A stretch of DNA of 64,000 nt from an uncultured Actinomycetota bacterium (GTDB lineage: Bacteria; Actinomycetota; Thermoleophilia; Gaiellales; F1-60-MAGs149), in NCBI GenBank assembly GCA_963767885.1, contig CAVYFW010000003.1:218628-282627 (forward strand), written 5' to 3'. Shown here piece by piece: positions 46,755 through 57,634 of this stretch. The position numbers and the translations under genes are program-made. How positions within the stretch are numbered: the first letter of the stretch is position 1; the number at the start of each line of letters is the position of its first letter. The notes beneath the pieces were generated by a model. That model was not told the DNA's origin. It searched no databases and was given only the letters and a program-made list of their open reading frames with translations.

Positions 46755-48477
46755 CGGCGGGCGGTGAACGTCTCGGGGCTCACGGTGACGCCGTACTGCT
46801 CGAGCGCCTCCTCGACCGTCACGTAGCCGTTGCGCACGTCGTCGGCGACGGCCTCGGGGTCGCGCTCGTGCGGATCGCCGTAGCCGCCGCCCGTGGCCGT
46901 GACGATGCGCACGAGGTCGCCGGCGCCGAGCGGGTGCCGCGCGACCTTCCCGAAGCGCTGCTCGGAGCCGTCCGCCGTGATCACGTCGACGTGGTTCGTC
47001 GAGCCGTTCTGCGCCGCCGTGCAGGCCCCACGCGGGAAACGCGTGGCGGCCGGCGGTCGAGGTGACGATCCAGCCGTCGCGCAGGATGCGGTACTCGCGG
47101 ATGCAGCCCGGGACCGCCGCGCTGCCGGCCCGCGCCGGCGCCGATCGGGTCGAGGCCGAAGCGCTCGACGCGCAGGCCGAAGCGTGCCTCGGCGACCTCC
47201 GCCTGCGTCACGAACGTCTCGCCGTCGAGGCAGCAGAACTGGCCGACGACGCCGTCGCGCCGACGGGTTCGCGCCCCAGCCGCCGACCTCCGGCTCGACG
47301 AGCACGACGAAGTCGCCGGTGTCGGCGTGCGGGCCGGCGACGATCGTGCCGCAGACCGACGCCATGTGGCCCGCGCCGCAGCCGGTCCGGGCAGGTGCGG
47401 CGCCATCGCCCGCCAGATCAGCTCCGCGCCGAAGGTCAGCGACTCCCAGTAGATCGAGCAGGGCGCGGGCCGCTCGGCGGAGAGGATCGATCCCGGCGGG
47501 CAGATCACCCGCAGCGGCGCGAAGGAGCCGTGGTTCGCCGCCGCGCTCGGCGTTCGTCAGCGCCTTGAACGCCACCTGCGCGGCGGAGAGCAGGCCGGTC
47601 GAGGTGTTGTTCACGGGCCCGGCGACCTGCGGGTGCGAGCCGCGTGAAGTCGCAGATGAACTCGTCGTCGGTGATCGTGACCTTCACCCGCACCTCGAAC
47701 GGGCCGTCTGCCGAGGCCGTCGTCGTCGATGTAGTCGACCGCGTCGAACGTCGCCCTTCGGCAGCTTCGCCAGCTCGAGCCGCGCGATCGTCTCGCCGTG
47801 CTCGATCAGCGCCTCGATCGTCTCGAGCACCGACGTCGACGCCGTACTTGTCGCAGACCTCGCGGAACGCGCGCTCGCCGACGCGCATCGCCGCCGCCTG
47901 CGCCATCAGGTCGCCGATCGTCTGCTCGGGCGTGCGCACGTTCGACGCGATCAGGTCGACGAGCGCCTCGTTCCGCTCGCCGCGGCTCCAGATCTTGACG
48001 TTCGGGAACTGGAGCCCCTCCTGGTAGATCTCGGTGGAGTCGGTCGTGAAGGAGCCGGGCGACATGCCGCCGACCTCGGTCCAGTGCGCCTTCGACACCG
48101 CGAACGCGAGCGAGCTGGCCGTCGACGAAGATCGGCGCGACGAGCGACACGTCCGAGAGGTGCGAGCCGCCGCCGATGTACGGGTCGTTCGTGATCACGA
48201 TGTCGCCGGGCTCGAGCCGGCCCTCCCACTTCGTCCAGCACGGCCTCGACGCTCGTCGTCAGCATGCCGATGAAGCCGGTCACGCCCTGGCCCTGCGTGA
48301 CCAGCCGCGCCGCTCGCGTCGGTCAGCCCGGTCGCGAAGTCGAGCACCTCGTAGATGATCGGGCTCATCGAGGTGCGCAGCAGCGTCGACGAACATCTCG
48401 TCGCCGACGGCGGCGAGGCGCGTCCTTGATGACCTCGATCGTGAACGGGTCGCCGCGTCGTCTTGCTCGGTCTGCAT
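46751..48477 (-). pseudogene. hyuB: Hydantoinase B / oxoprolinase family subunit, copy 2 (a subfamily divergent from copies 1 and 3); many frameshifts
   Basis: Fragments: MQTEQDDAA..LAAVGDEMFV (ATG 48477), ITNDPYIGGGSHLSDVSLVAPIFVDG (ORF 47806..48198), EIYQEGLQFPNVKIW (ORF 47505..), VVLVEPEVGGWGA and IVTATGGGYGDPHERDPEAVADDVRNGYVT (ORF 46751..47614). Confidence 0.8.
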
Positions 48478-48479
48478 CC

Positions 48480-50559
48480 TCAGGCTCCGGTGCGGACGAT
48501 GATGTTGCCGAAGCCGGTCGACGGTCGCCGTACATGCCGGGCGGCACGAGCGTCGTCGTCGCGGTCTCCTCGATCGCGGCGGGCCCGTCGATCTCGGCGC
48601 CCGGCGCCGAGCGCCGCCCGGTCGTAGACGGCCGCCTCGACCCGGCCGCGCTCGTCGAAGTCGATCGACGCGGCTGCCCGTGCGCGCCGGCGTCGCCGTC
48701 GCCGCCGGCGCGATCTCCCGCAGCGGCGGCTTGGCGCACCGTGCCGTACGCCGCGTGAGCCGGAACGTCACGAGCTCCGCCGGGCACGTCGAGCCGGAAC
48801 GTGTAGAGACGCTCGTGCGCGTCGTCGAAGCGGCGCCGCATCTCCGTCGCGCGTCGTCTCGTCGAGCGGCGCCGTCGGGAATCGGCACGGTCACCGTGTG
48901 CTCCTGCCCAGGTAGCGCATGTCCGCCTGGCGCACGAGGCGCACGTCGTCCGCGGCGACCCGCTCGCTCGCGAACGTCGCCGGCATCAGCTCCTCGAGCT
49001 CCGCCCAGATGGCGCCGGTGCGGTCCGGCGTCTGCGCGCGCGTCGAGCCGCATCAGCGACGTGCGCACGACGTCGTGGCGGATGTCGCTCATCAGCATGC
49101 CCGAGCGCCGAGAAGTGGCCCGGCGCCGTCGGCACGATCACCTCCGGGCACCTTCAGCTCCGCCGCCAGGAGCGCGCCGTGCAGCGGGCCGCCGCCGCCG
49201 CAGGCGACGAGCGCGAACTCTCGCGGGTCGCGGCCGCGCCGGACCGAGACCAGCCGGAGCAGGTTGACCATGCTCGCGTTGGCGATGCGCAGGATGCCGC
49301 GCGCCGTGTCCTCGAGCGACGGTGCCGAGCCGCTCGCCGAGCGCGGCCGATCGCGGCCCGCGGCGAGCTCCTCGTCGAGCGGCATGCGGCCGCCCATGAA
49401 GGCGACGGCGCCGATCCGACCGGTGACGAGGTTCGCGTCCGTCAGCGTCGCCTCCGTGCCGCCGCGCCCGTAGCACGCGGGGCCCGGATCGGCGACCGCC
49501 GAGTGCGGGCCGACCTTCAGCGAGCCCGCCGGGTCGATCCAGGCGATCGAGCCGCCGGCCATGCCGATCTCGATGATGTCGACGACCGGCACCTTCAGCG
49601 GATAGCCGGCGTTCCGCGGGGTCGCGGTCGATGTGGTAGTCGGCCGTCAGGCGCACCTCGCCGCCCTCGACCAGGCTCGACTTCGCGGTCGTGCCGCCGA
49701 CGTCGAAGGTGATCAGGTTCGGCCGCCCGATCGCCGCGCCGACGACGGCGGCGCCGATGATGCCGCCGACCGGCCCGGACTCGACGAGGTTGATCGGCGC
49801 CTGCCGGCGGCGACGTCGAAGCGCGACAGCCCGCCGTTCGACTGCATCGCGAAGTGCGTGTCGCGGTCGATGCCCGCGGCGTGCAGCCGCTCCGAGAGCC
49901 GCGTCAGGTACTGGCGGACGGTCGGCTTCACGTAGGCGTCGAGCACCGTCGTCGACGTGCGGTCGTACTCGCGCCACTCGCCGGACAGCTCGTGCGAGAC
50001 CGACAGCGTCGCACGTCGGGCCACTCCTCGGTGACGATCGCCGCCGCGCGCCGCTCGTGCTCCGGGTTGGCGTAGGCGTGCAGGAGGCAGATCGCGACCG
50101 CCTCGACGCCCGCGTCGCGCAGCGCGCGCACGGCCGCCCGGCGCACGCTCTCCTCGTCGAGCGGCGCCGACCACGCGCCCCTGGTAGTCGAGCCGCTCCT
50201 CCACCTCGAAGCGCAGGTGGCGGGGCACGAACGCGCTGCGGCTTGCGGAAGACGAAGTTGTAGAGGTCGGGCCGGTTGCCCTTCGCGATCTCGAGCACGT
50301 CCCGGAAGCCCTGCCGTGGTGATCAGGCCGACGCGCGCGCCCTTGCGCTCGGTCAGCGCGTTGATCACGACGGTCGTGCCGTGCGCCAGGAACGCCGACG
50401 TCGTCGAGCTCCGTCTGCCCGACGGCGTCCAGGACGCCCTCCTCGAAGGCCCGCGGCGTCGTCGCCGCCTTGGCCAGCGCCGACGTCGCCCGTCTCCTCG
50501 TCGAGGTGGACGAGGTCGGTGAACGTCCCGCCGATGTCGACGGCCACGCGCAGGGACAT
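48480..50559 (-). pseudogene. hyuA: Hydantoinase A / oxoprolinase family subunit, copy 2; many frameshifts
   Basis: MSLRVAVDIGGTFTDLV at ATG 50559. Other fragments: FLAHGTTVVINALTERKGARVGLITTAG, VLEIAKGNRPDLYNFVFRKPQ, FDVGGTTAKSSLVEGGEV, PVVDIIEIGMAGGSIAW, and REFALVACGGGGPLHGALLAAELKVP, spread across four frames. Confidence 0.8.
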
Positions 50560-50562
50560 CGC

Positions 50563-51502
50563 CTAGTTCCTCCTGAGGTACTGGTCGCCCGCCACGGCGG
50601 CGAAGATCAGAATGCCCTGGGCGGTGAGCTGGTAGGTGGGGTCGATGCCCAGCAGGTTGAAGCCGTTGCCGATCAGCGCGAGGATCAGCACGCCGACCAC
50701 TCCGCGCCAGACCGCGCCCGAGCCGCCGAAGATGCTCGTGCCTCCGACGACTGCCGCCGCGATGGCCTGGAAGGCGATGGTGTCGTTGAACGAGTTCGAC
50801 GCACCGCTGCCGTAGCGGCCGGCGTACATGACGCCCGCCAGGCCCCCGGCGAGCCCGGCGAGGACGTAGCAGCGGCGTCTGCACCGACATCACGCGGACG
50901 CCGGACAGCCGCGCCGCCTCGGCGTTGTCGCCGACGGCGTACACGTAGCGGCCGAAGACGCTGCGGGCGAGCAGGACGCCGACGACGAGGGCGAAGGCGA
51001 GGGCGATGAAGACGACACCCTTCGCGCCGAAGAGGCGGCCCGTGAAGAGGTTCGTGAGCGTCTCGCGGTCGCCCGGATCCTCGATCGCGACGACGCTGCC
51101 GCCCGAGATCACGATCGCCAGGCCCTTGAAGGCGAAGCCGGTGGCGAGCGTGCCGATGAACGAGTTGACGTGGGTGGCGCCGATCGCGATGCCGTTGACG
51201 AGGCCGAGCGCCGACGCCGGCGGCCGAGCCCCGCGACGATGCCCAGCGGCCAGCCGCCGAGGTTGACCCCGCCGCAGGCCACGATGGCCGCGACGGTCGC
51301 GGTCGAGGCCACCGAGAGGTCGAAGATGCCCGCGATGATGCAGACGGTGATCGCGGTCGTCAGCACGAACAGCTCCGACGACTGATCGAGCACGTTGAGC
51401 AGGTTGTCCTTGCTGCAGGAACGTGCTGGTCGAGACCGAGAGGACCAGGAACAGCATGACGAGGAAGATGACGATGCCGAGATCGCGGGCGCGGGCCTTC
51501 AC
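50563..51502 (-). pseudogene. CUT2-type (ribose/sugar-like) ABC transporter permease; at least 4 frameshifts
   Basis: MKARARDLGIVIFLVMLFLVLSV (ATG 51502), LDQSSELFVLTTAITVCIIAGIFDLSVAS (ORF 51109..), NGIAIGATHVNSFIGTLATGF.. and the C-terminus IFGGSGAVWRGVVGVLILALIGNGFNLLGI (ORF 50563..50829). Confidence 0.75.
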
Positions 51503-53072
51503 CGCCGCAGGCTACCTCTCCGAGCCTGTCCGAAGCACGCCCGCAACACCTCCTCGCTCCCGGCATCCGGCCCGAACTCCCTGACGACCCGGCCCAGGCG
51601 CAGCGCCAGGGTGCGGTGCGCGAGGCCGACCACCTCCTCGATCTCGCTGGAGATGGCGATGATCGCGATCCCGCCGGCGGCGAGCTCGACGAGCAGCTTG
51701 TGGATCTCCCCCTTCGCGCCGACGTCGACGCCGCGCGTCGGCTCGTCCACGATCAGGACGCGTGGTGTGCCGCGCGAGCCAGCGGGCGAACAGCACCTTC
51801 TGCTGGTTGCCGCCGGAGAGCGTGCCGACCGTCGCCTCGATGCCGGTCCCGCGCACGTCGAGGCGGTCGAAGAGGCTCCGCACGCGGCGCGCCTCGCTGG
51901 CGCGCCGGACGAAGCCGGCGCGCTCGTGCTGGTCGAGCGTGGACAGCGTGATGTTCTCCCGGATCGAGCGCAGCAGCAGCAGCCCCTCGTCCTTGCGGCT
52001 CTCCGGCACCATCGCGATGCCGTGCGCGGATCGCCTCGCGCGGGCTGCGCACGGCGATCGGCTCGCCGTCGAGGAGGATCTCGCCGGCGTCGCTCCGGTC
52101 GGCGCCGAAGAGCAGGCGGGCGGTCTCGGTGCGCCCGGCGCCGACGAGGCCGGCGAGCCCGACGATCTCGCCCGCGCGCACGTGCGAGCGAGACGTCGCG
52201 CACGACGTCGCCGCGGCGCAGGCCCCGTCGCCTCGAGCACGACGGGCGCATCGGTCGACGCCGCCTTCGGCGGATACGTCAGGTCGACGTCGCGCCCGAC
52301 CATCGCCGCGACCAGCGTCTGCGGCGTCTCGACCGAGGCCGGGCCCGTGCGGACGACGCGCGCGTCGCGCATCACGGTCACGGTCTCCGACGACGGCGAG
52401 CACCTCGTCGAGGTAGTGGGAGACGAGCACGATCGACGTGCCCTCGCGCGGCGAGGCGGCGGATCACGTTCAGCAGCCGGTCGGTCTCGTCCGCGGTCAG
52501 CGCGGCGGTCGGCTCGTCCATCACGATCATCCGCGCGTCCGCGCGCGAGCGCGCGCAGGATCTCGACCTTCTGCTGGTCGGCCACGCGCAGGCCGCCGAC
52601 GATCGGCGTCCGGCGAGAGTCCGAAGCCGATCCGCTCGTCGAGCGCCCGGTAGGCACGTCCGTAGCGCCCCCCGGTCGACCATGCCGGCCCGTCGCGGCT
52701 CGACGCCGAGGAACACGTTCCCCTCGACCGTGCCCTGGCGGACGAGGGCGATCTCCTGCGCGATCAGGGCGATGCCACAGTCGAGCGCGTCGCGCGGCGC
52801 CGAGAAGCGCACCGGCTCGCCGTCGACGAGGATCTCGCCCTCGTTCGGCTGGTGGGCGCCGCCGATCGCCTTGGCAAGCGTCGACTTGCCGGCGCCGTTC
52901 TCGCCGACGAGGCCGTGCACGGAGGCGCGGCCGAAGGCGACGGACACGTCGCGGAGCGCGCGAACGCCGCCGAAGTTCTTCGAGACGCCGCGAACCTCGA
53001 CGAGGGGGCCGGCCGTCGGGCCGGCCCCCTCGCTCGAGTGGGGCGTCGGATCGCTTCTGGGTCGGAAGCCAC
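51499..53072 (-). pseudogene. CUT2-type ABC transporter ATP-binding protein (two NBDs); about 8 or more frameshifts
   Basis: Walker A GENGAGKSTL, MDEPTAALT, second Walker [19 protein letters not shown] and [15 protein letters not shown] are distributed over ORFs 52378..52947, 51753..52430, 51512..52657 and 51499..52251. The start near 53072 is tentative. Confidence 0.8.
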
Positions 53073-53077
53073 CTGCG

Positions 53078-54306
53078 TCAGCCGAGGTCGGAGTAGACCC
53101 CTTCGACGTCCGCCAGCACGTCCTTCGTGCCGTGCGGATCGTGGAGCGTCTGCGTGTCGAAGGAGGTGGGCGGGTTGAGGTCGTTCGCCGCCAGCACCCC
53201 GACGTCGACCGAGGTGGTGCCGAGGCCGGGCAGGTCCATGTAGTAGAGGGCGTACCAGGTGCCGTCGTTGACGTGCGCGAAGGCCTCGGTGGAGGAGCCG
53301 TTGCCGATCAGCGCGACCTTGCTGGTGTCGACGACGTCGGTGGCTCCGAGGATCGCCTGCGACGAGCCGACCATCACGTTGACGTCCGGGTTCGCCTGCA
53401 TGACGTCCTGCGCGGCCTTCTGCCCGGTCTCCGGCGTGTAGCCGCCCTCGGGCTCGGCAACGAGCTTCGGCGTCGGGCGCCCCCTCGGCCAGCGCGGCCT
53501 TGAAGGCGTCCGTGCGGGCGTTGTCGAGGGGCAGGGTCTTCAGGCCCTGGAGGTACGCGACCTTGCAGGGCGACTTGTCTGCACAGGCCGAGGCCGCGAG
53601 CTCGCCGAGCACCGTGCCGTTCGCGATCGGCGTCTCGCCGACCACGTACGTGCCCTCGACCTGCGGCTCGAGCGTGTCGAACTTGCCACCGAACGGCGTG
53701 AACGCGGCGACGACCTTGACGCCCTTGGCGGTCGCCTCGGCGGCGGCGGAGCCGGCGCCGACCGGGTCGGTCGCGAGCACCACGTAGACCTGGGCGTCGC
53801 CCTTCGCCGTCTGGTCCTGCATCGCCTTCACCTGCGCCGGGCCGTCGTAGGCCGGGCCGGTGAGGTCGACGAACTCGATGCCGAGCTTCTCCGTCTCCGC
53901 CTTCACGGCCTGCGGCGACGGCCTGGGTGAACGAGTTCGACTTCCAGAAGCCGAAGAACGCGAGCTTCTTGACGTTACCGGCCTCGGTCGGCGCGCTGAT
54001 GCCGGCAACGGCCTCGGTCGCAGCCTCGGTCGCCTCCGATGTGGCGGCCTCGGTGGCTTCCGAGGTGGCCTCCTCGGTGGCGGCCTCGGTGGCTTCCGAG
54101 GTGGCCTCCTCGGTGGCGGCCTCGGTCGCCGCCTCGCTGGTCGCGGCCTCCGTGGCCGGCGCCTCCGCGGCGCTCGTCGCGGCCGGCGCGGCGCTCTCCG
54201 CCGACGTCGTGCCATCGTCGTCGCCGCCGCACGCCGCCGCCAGGCTGACGACGCCGATCACGATGACGGTGAGCCACGCCCACCACCTGCTGTTTCGTCC
54301 CATCAT
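53078..54306 (-). pseudogene. Sugar-type (Peripla_BP_4-like) ABC substrate-binding lipoprotein with a Thr/Glu/Ala-rich repeat linker; at least 3 frameshifts
   Basis: Lipobox VSLAAAC after ATG 54306. The body KLAFFGFWKSNSF / VYVVLATDPVG..KVVAAFTPFGG / NVMVGSSQAILGA..IGNGSS is split over ORFs 53374..54306, 52764..54215 and 53078..53401. Confidence 0.8.
54041..54130. repeat. 36-bp tandem repeat, about 2.4 copies, inside the SBP linker
   Basis: GTGGCGGCCTCGGTGGCTTCCGAGGTGGCCTCCTCG occurs exactly twice (54041-54076 and 54077-54112), then once partially. It encodes TEEATSEATEAA repeats on the minus strand. Confidence 0.85.
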
Positions 54307-55457
54307 CCGCTCCCCTCCTCTGAGAGTGGTTCCGCACTGTCGCCCGCGGTCGCGAAGGCCGGCGGGACGACGAGCTCACGGGGCAGCGAGGAGATGATCG
54401 TCGGCTCGCCGTCCGTGACGACGACGACGTCCTCGATGCGAATGCCTCCGATGCCGGCGGCGTAGATGCCCGGCTCGATCGTCAGCACCGTGCCCGCCGC
54501 CATGGGCGCGTCGCCGCGCGGCGTCAGGAACGGCGGCTCGTGCACGTCGATGCCGATCGCGTGGCCGGCGCCGTGCAGGCACGCGCCGAGCTCCGGCGAG
54601 GCCTCGACGACCGTGCGCTGCGCCGCGTCGACGTCGCGGCCCGTGGCACCGGCGCGGGCGACCTCGATCGCGCGGGTCTGCGCCTCCATGACGACGTCCC
54701 AGGCGGCCCGCGCCCACTCGCTCGGCTCGCCGGCCGACCCGCAGCGCGTGAGGTCGGCCCAGTAGCCGTCGATCTGCGCCGAGATGTCCGCGCAGATCAC
54801 CTCCCCACGGCGCAGCTGACGCGCGCCGGGCTTGCCGTGCGGGTTGGCGGCGTTGGCGCCGAACAGCACGAGCGCGTGCGCGTCCGTGGCGCCGGCCTCG
54901 CGCAGCAGGTTCGACACCTTGGCGTTGACGGCGTGCTCGACGTCGCCCTCCCCCAGCTCGTCGAACATCCGCGCCATCACGCGCTCGACGATGTCGACGG
55001 CGTGGCGGATGCGCTCGATCTCGGCGGCGTCCTTCGCCTCGCGCAGCGCCATCAGGATGCGACCTGCGGGCCGCAGCTCCTTGCCGGCGGCGGTCAGCGC
55101 CAGCGCGCGTCCGTAGACGAGGTGGTCCTCCTCGACGCCGACGGCCGCGCCCTCGCCGAGCGCGGCCACGACGTCGGCCATGCCGTCGGACGACGCCGGG
55201 TAGACGACGCGCTCGAAGCTGCGCGGGACGTCGGCGATGGCCTCGGACTCGAGGTGCGGCACGACGATCGTCGGGCGGCCGCGGACGGGCACGGCGACGG
55301 CGAAGAGGCGCTCGAGCTGGATGCTGGAGAACCCGGTCAGGTACGCGATCGAGGCGTCGCTCGTCGCCAGCACGGCCTGGAGGCCCGCATCCGCCGCGGC
55401 GCTCCGCACCGCGTCGAGACGTGCCTCGAACACTCCCGTTGCAGCGGCGTCGCTCAT
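54303..55457 (-). CDS. M24-family Xaa-Pro peptidase (creatinase-like N-domain + metal-dependent pita-bread domain)
   Basis: Metal-ligand contexts ICADISAQIDGYWADLTR, HGAGHAIGIDVHE, TIEPGIY, IRIEDVVVV. Intact 384 aa. Its stop overlaps the SBP start (ATGA). Confidence 0.9.
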   Translation of the reverse strand: MSDAAATGVFEARLDAVRSAAADAGLQAVLATSDASIAYLTGFSSIQLERLFAVAVPVRGRPTIVVPHLESEAIADVPRSFERVVYPASSDGMADVVAALGEGAAVGVEEDHLVYGRALALTAAGKELRPAGRILMALREAKDAAEIERIRHAVDIVERVMARMFDELGEGDVEHAVNAKVSNLLREAGATDAHALVLFGANAANPHGKPGARQLRRGEVICADISAQIDGYWADLTRCGSAGEPSEWARAAWDVVMEAQTRAIEVARAGATGRDVDAAQRTVVEASPELGACLHGAGHAIGIDVHEPPFLTPRGDAPMAAGTVLTIEPGIYAAGIGGIRIEDVVVVTDGEPTIISSLPRELVVPPAFATAGDSAEPLSEEGSG

Positions 55458-55512
55458 CGGCCGATTCCAGAATCGACGGAATCTACGGGCAGCGGCAGGA
55501 ATTGAGCCGCGC

Positions 55513-55878
55513 TCACGACGCCTCCGCCTCGACCGCCAGCACGACGTCGTAGACCGCGCCGCGCACGGCCGCGTCGAAGTCGCCTTCGACGAGCTCTGCG
55601 AGCATCGGCCGGGTCGCCTCCCGCAGCGGGTTCGCGAGCCACCCCTCGTAGGCGCCGGCGTCGCGCCAGAGCGCCGTCACGAGGATCGGCGCACCCGGCT
55701 CGCGCGGCACCTGGAGCTCTGCCGACAGGCAGCCCTCCTGTCGCAGCGCGGTCTCGAGGATCTCCTCTCGACGGTACAGACCGACGATGTCGTCGCTGCC
55801 GCCCGCGCGGGGCGGCAGGTAGAGAACGCTGCGGATCAACGCCGGCTCGCTTCCGGGTCGGAATTCCTGTTCGCGCAT
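55513..55878 (-). CDS. Small ABM/Dabb-like protein, 121 aa (tentative)
   Basis: ATG 55878 inside ORF 55513..56061. ILVTALWRDAGAYEGWLANPLRE resembles ABM-domain proteins. It lies between hyuB copy 3 and the M24 gene. Confidence 0.55.
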   Translation of the reverse strand: MREQEFRPGSEPALIRSVLYLPPRAGGSDDIVGLYRREEILETALRQEGCLSAELQVPREPGAPILVTALWRDAGAYEGWLANPLREATRPMLAELVEGDFDAAVRGAVYDVVLAVEAEAS

Positions 55879-55948
55879 CCTACTTTCAAACCAACAGGAA
55901 TCGCAAGGGGCGGCGACCCCGTCCCGTCGGTCGCTGTCGCGATCCCGG

Positions 55949-57634
55949 TCACCGGCCGTCCCAGCCGTACGTCGAGCGCGCCTGCTCGCGGCTGACGACG
56001 CCGTCGCGCACGTCGCGGGCGATCGCCTCCTGCTGCCGCTCCGCCGGATCGCCGTAGCCACCGCCGCCGCCCGTCAGCCCGCGGATCACGTCGCCCCGCC
56101 CGACCCGTAGCCGCGCGGCCTTGAGCAGGTGGCGCTCGTCCTCGCGGCCGGGGTTGACGACGACGTCGGGCCCGGCGCCGTCAGCGCCCCCGGCGAGGCC
56201 CCAGGCGGGCGTGCGCGAGCGCTCCCACCAGAGCGACACGTACGCCTCCTCGCAGTCGAAGGCGAACTCGCGGATGACGCCGTGGCCGCCGCGGAACCGT
56301 CCCGCTCCGCCCGAGTCCGGACGGATGCGGTACTCCGTCATGCGCATCGGCAGGCGCGTCTCGAGCACCTCGATCGGCAGGTCCTTCATCCCGGCGTTGA
56401 CGCTGTTGATGAGCGCGCTCTCGCCGTCGCCGGTCGACCACCCGCCCCAGCCGCCGGTCGTCGGCTCGATGTGGAAGAAGCCGCCACCCGTGCGGTGGTC
56501 GAGGCCGGCGACCATGAAGATCATGGAGTCGCCGTAGCTCGCCGCCGCGGCTCGCTCCGGCAGCACCGGGGCGAGCGCCTTGACGACGAGGTCGATGAGC
56601 AGGCCGAGCGGCGTGAAGTACCAGGCACACGGCGCCGGCGCCTCGGCGGCCAGCACGGAGCCGCGGCGCACGCGCACCTCGAGGGCGCGGAAGGAGCCGC
56701 CGTCGGTGGGCCGCGCGGGGTCGACGAGCAGCTTGAAGGCGACGCGGCAGGCGGAGATCGCCTGCGCCTCGCCGCAGTTCACGGGCCCGCCGCGCAGGTC
56801 GCTGGACTCGCCCAGGTCGACGATCATGCGGTCGCCGGCGACCTCCACGCGCACGCGCACCCAGACGGGCTCGCCGAGGCGGATGCCGTCGTCGTCGAGA
56901 CAGCCCTCGGCGGTGTACACGCCGTCGGGGATCGCCGCGACGATCTCCCGCTCGAGCCGCTCCGTCTGCTCGTAGATGCGGTCGCGCGCGGCGGTCACGG
57001 TCGGCATGCCGAAGCGGTCGATGATCGCGCCGAGCCGCTGCTCGCCGATGCGCACGCAGGCCATCTGCGCCTGCAGGTCGCCGAGCATCGGCTGCGGGAA
57101 GCGGGAGTTGCGCGACAGCAGGTCGAGCATGTCGCGGCGGGGCACGCCGCCCTCGACGAGCCGCGTCGGCCCGAGGCGCAGGCCCTCCTGGAAGATCTCC
57201 GTGGAGTCCATGGGCGCGCCGGGGTCCTTCGCTCCGACGTCGAGCCAGTGCGCGCGCGAGGCCGCGAAGCCGACGAGGGCCTCGTCGTGGAAGATCGGCC
57301 CGAAGACCGTGACGTCGTTGAGGTGGGTGCCGGCGAGGTAGGAGTCGTTCATGATCCAGACGTCACCGGGTCGCCACGCCTCGCGGCCGTACCACTCCTC
57401 CGTCAGACGCGTGCAGATCTCGAGGTTGCCGAGGAAGATCGGCAGGCCGGACGACTGGCCGAGGACGCGGTGGTCGGCGTCGAGCAGCGCGACCGAGCAG
57501 TCCTTCAGCTCGTAGATGATCGGCGTGTACGCGGACCGGATCAGCCCGGCGTTCATCTCGTCGGCGGCGGACGAGAACGCGCTCCGGATCACCTCGGTGG
57601 TGATCGGGTCGACGGCGATGCTGGTGGCGGCCAT
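55949..57634 (-). CDS. hyuB: Hydantoinase B / oxoprolinase family subunit, copy 3, intact (561 aa)
   Basis: Uninterrupted ORF. DPITTEVIRSAF, NDSYLAGTHLNDV, GGWGG, GGGGYGDP. Confidence 0.9.
   Translation of the reverse strand: MAATSIAVDPITTEVIRSAFSSAADEMNAGLIRSAYTPIIYELKDCSVALLDADHRVLGQSSGLPIFLGNLEICTRLTEEWYGREAWRPGDVWIMNDSYLAGTHLNDVTVFGPIFHDEALVGFAASRAHWLDVGAKDPGAPMDSTEIFQEGLRLGPTRLVEGGVPRRDMLDLLSRNSRFPQPMLGDLQAQMACVRIGEQRLGAIIDRFGMPTVTAARDRIYEQTERLEREIVAAIPDGVYTAEGCLDDDGIRLGEPVWVRVRVEVAGDRMIVDLGESSDLRGGPVNCGEAQAISACRVAFKLLVDPARPTDGGSFRALEVRVRRGSVLAAEAPAPCAWYFTPLGLLIDLVVKALAPVLPERAAAASYGDSMIFMVAGLDHRTGGGFFHIEPTTGGWGGWSTGDGESALINSVNAGMKDLPIEVLETRLPMRMTEYRIRPDSGGAGRFRGGHGVIREFAFDCEEAYVSLWWERSRTPAWGLAGGADGAGPDVVVNPGREDERHLLKAARLRVGRGDVIRGLTGGGGGYGDPAERQQEAIARDVRDGVVSREQARSTYGWDGR

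Noticed and set aside
40350-54306. Programmed ribosomal frameshifting or a mobile-element insertion as the cause of the broken hyu/ABC genes
   Set aside because: There are far too many breaks, in both directions, with no slippery-site pattern. No inserted sequence, terminal repeats or transposase were seen. Indel error or decay is the simpler explanation.
55879-55948. Intrinsic terminator or promoter between hyuB copy 3 and the ABM-like gene (GGGGTCGCCGCCCC followed by a T-containing stretch; TTGCGA..TAGGAT)
   Set aside because: The stem is only 4 bp. The -10-like hexamer overlaps the ATG itself, so the geometry does not work. There is not enough evidence.
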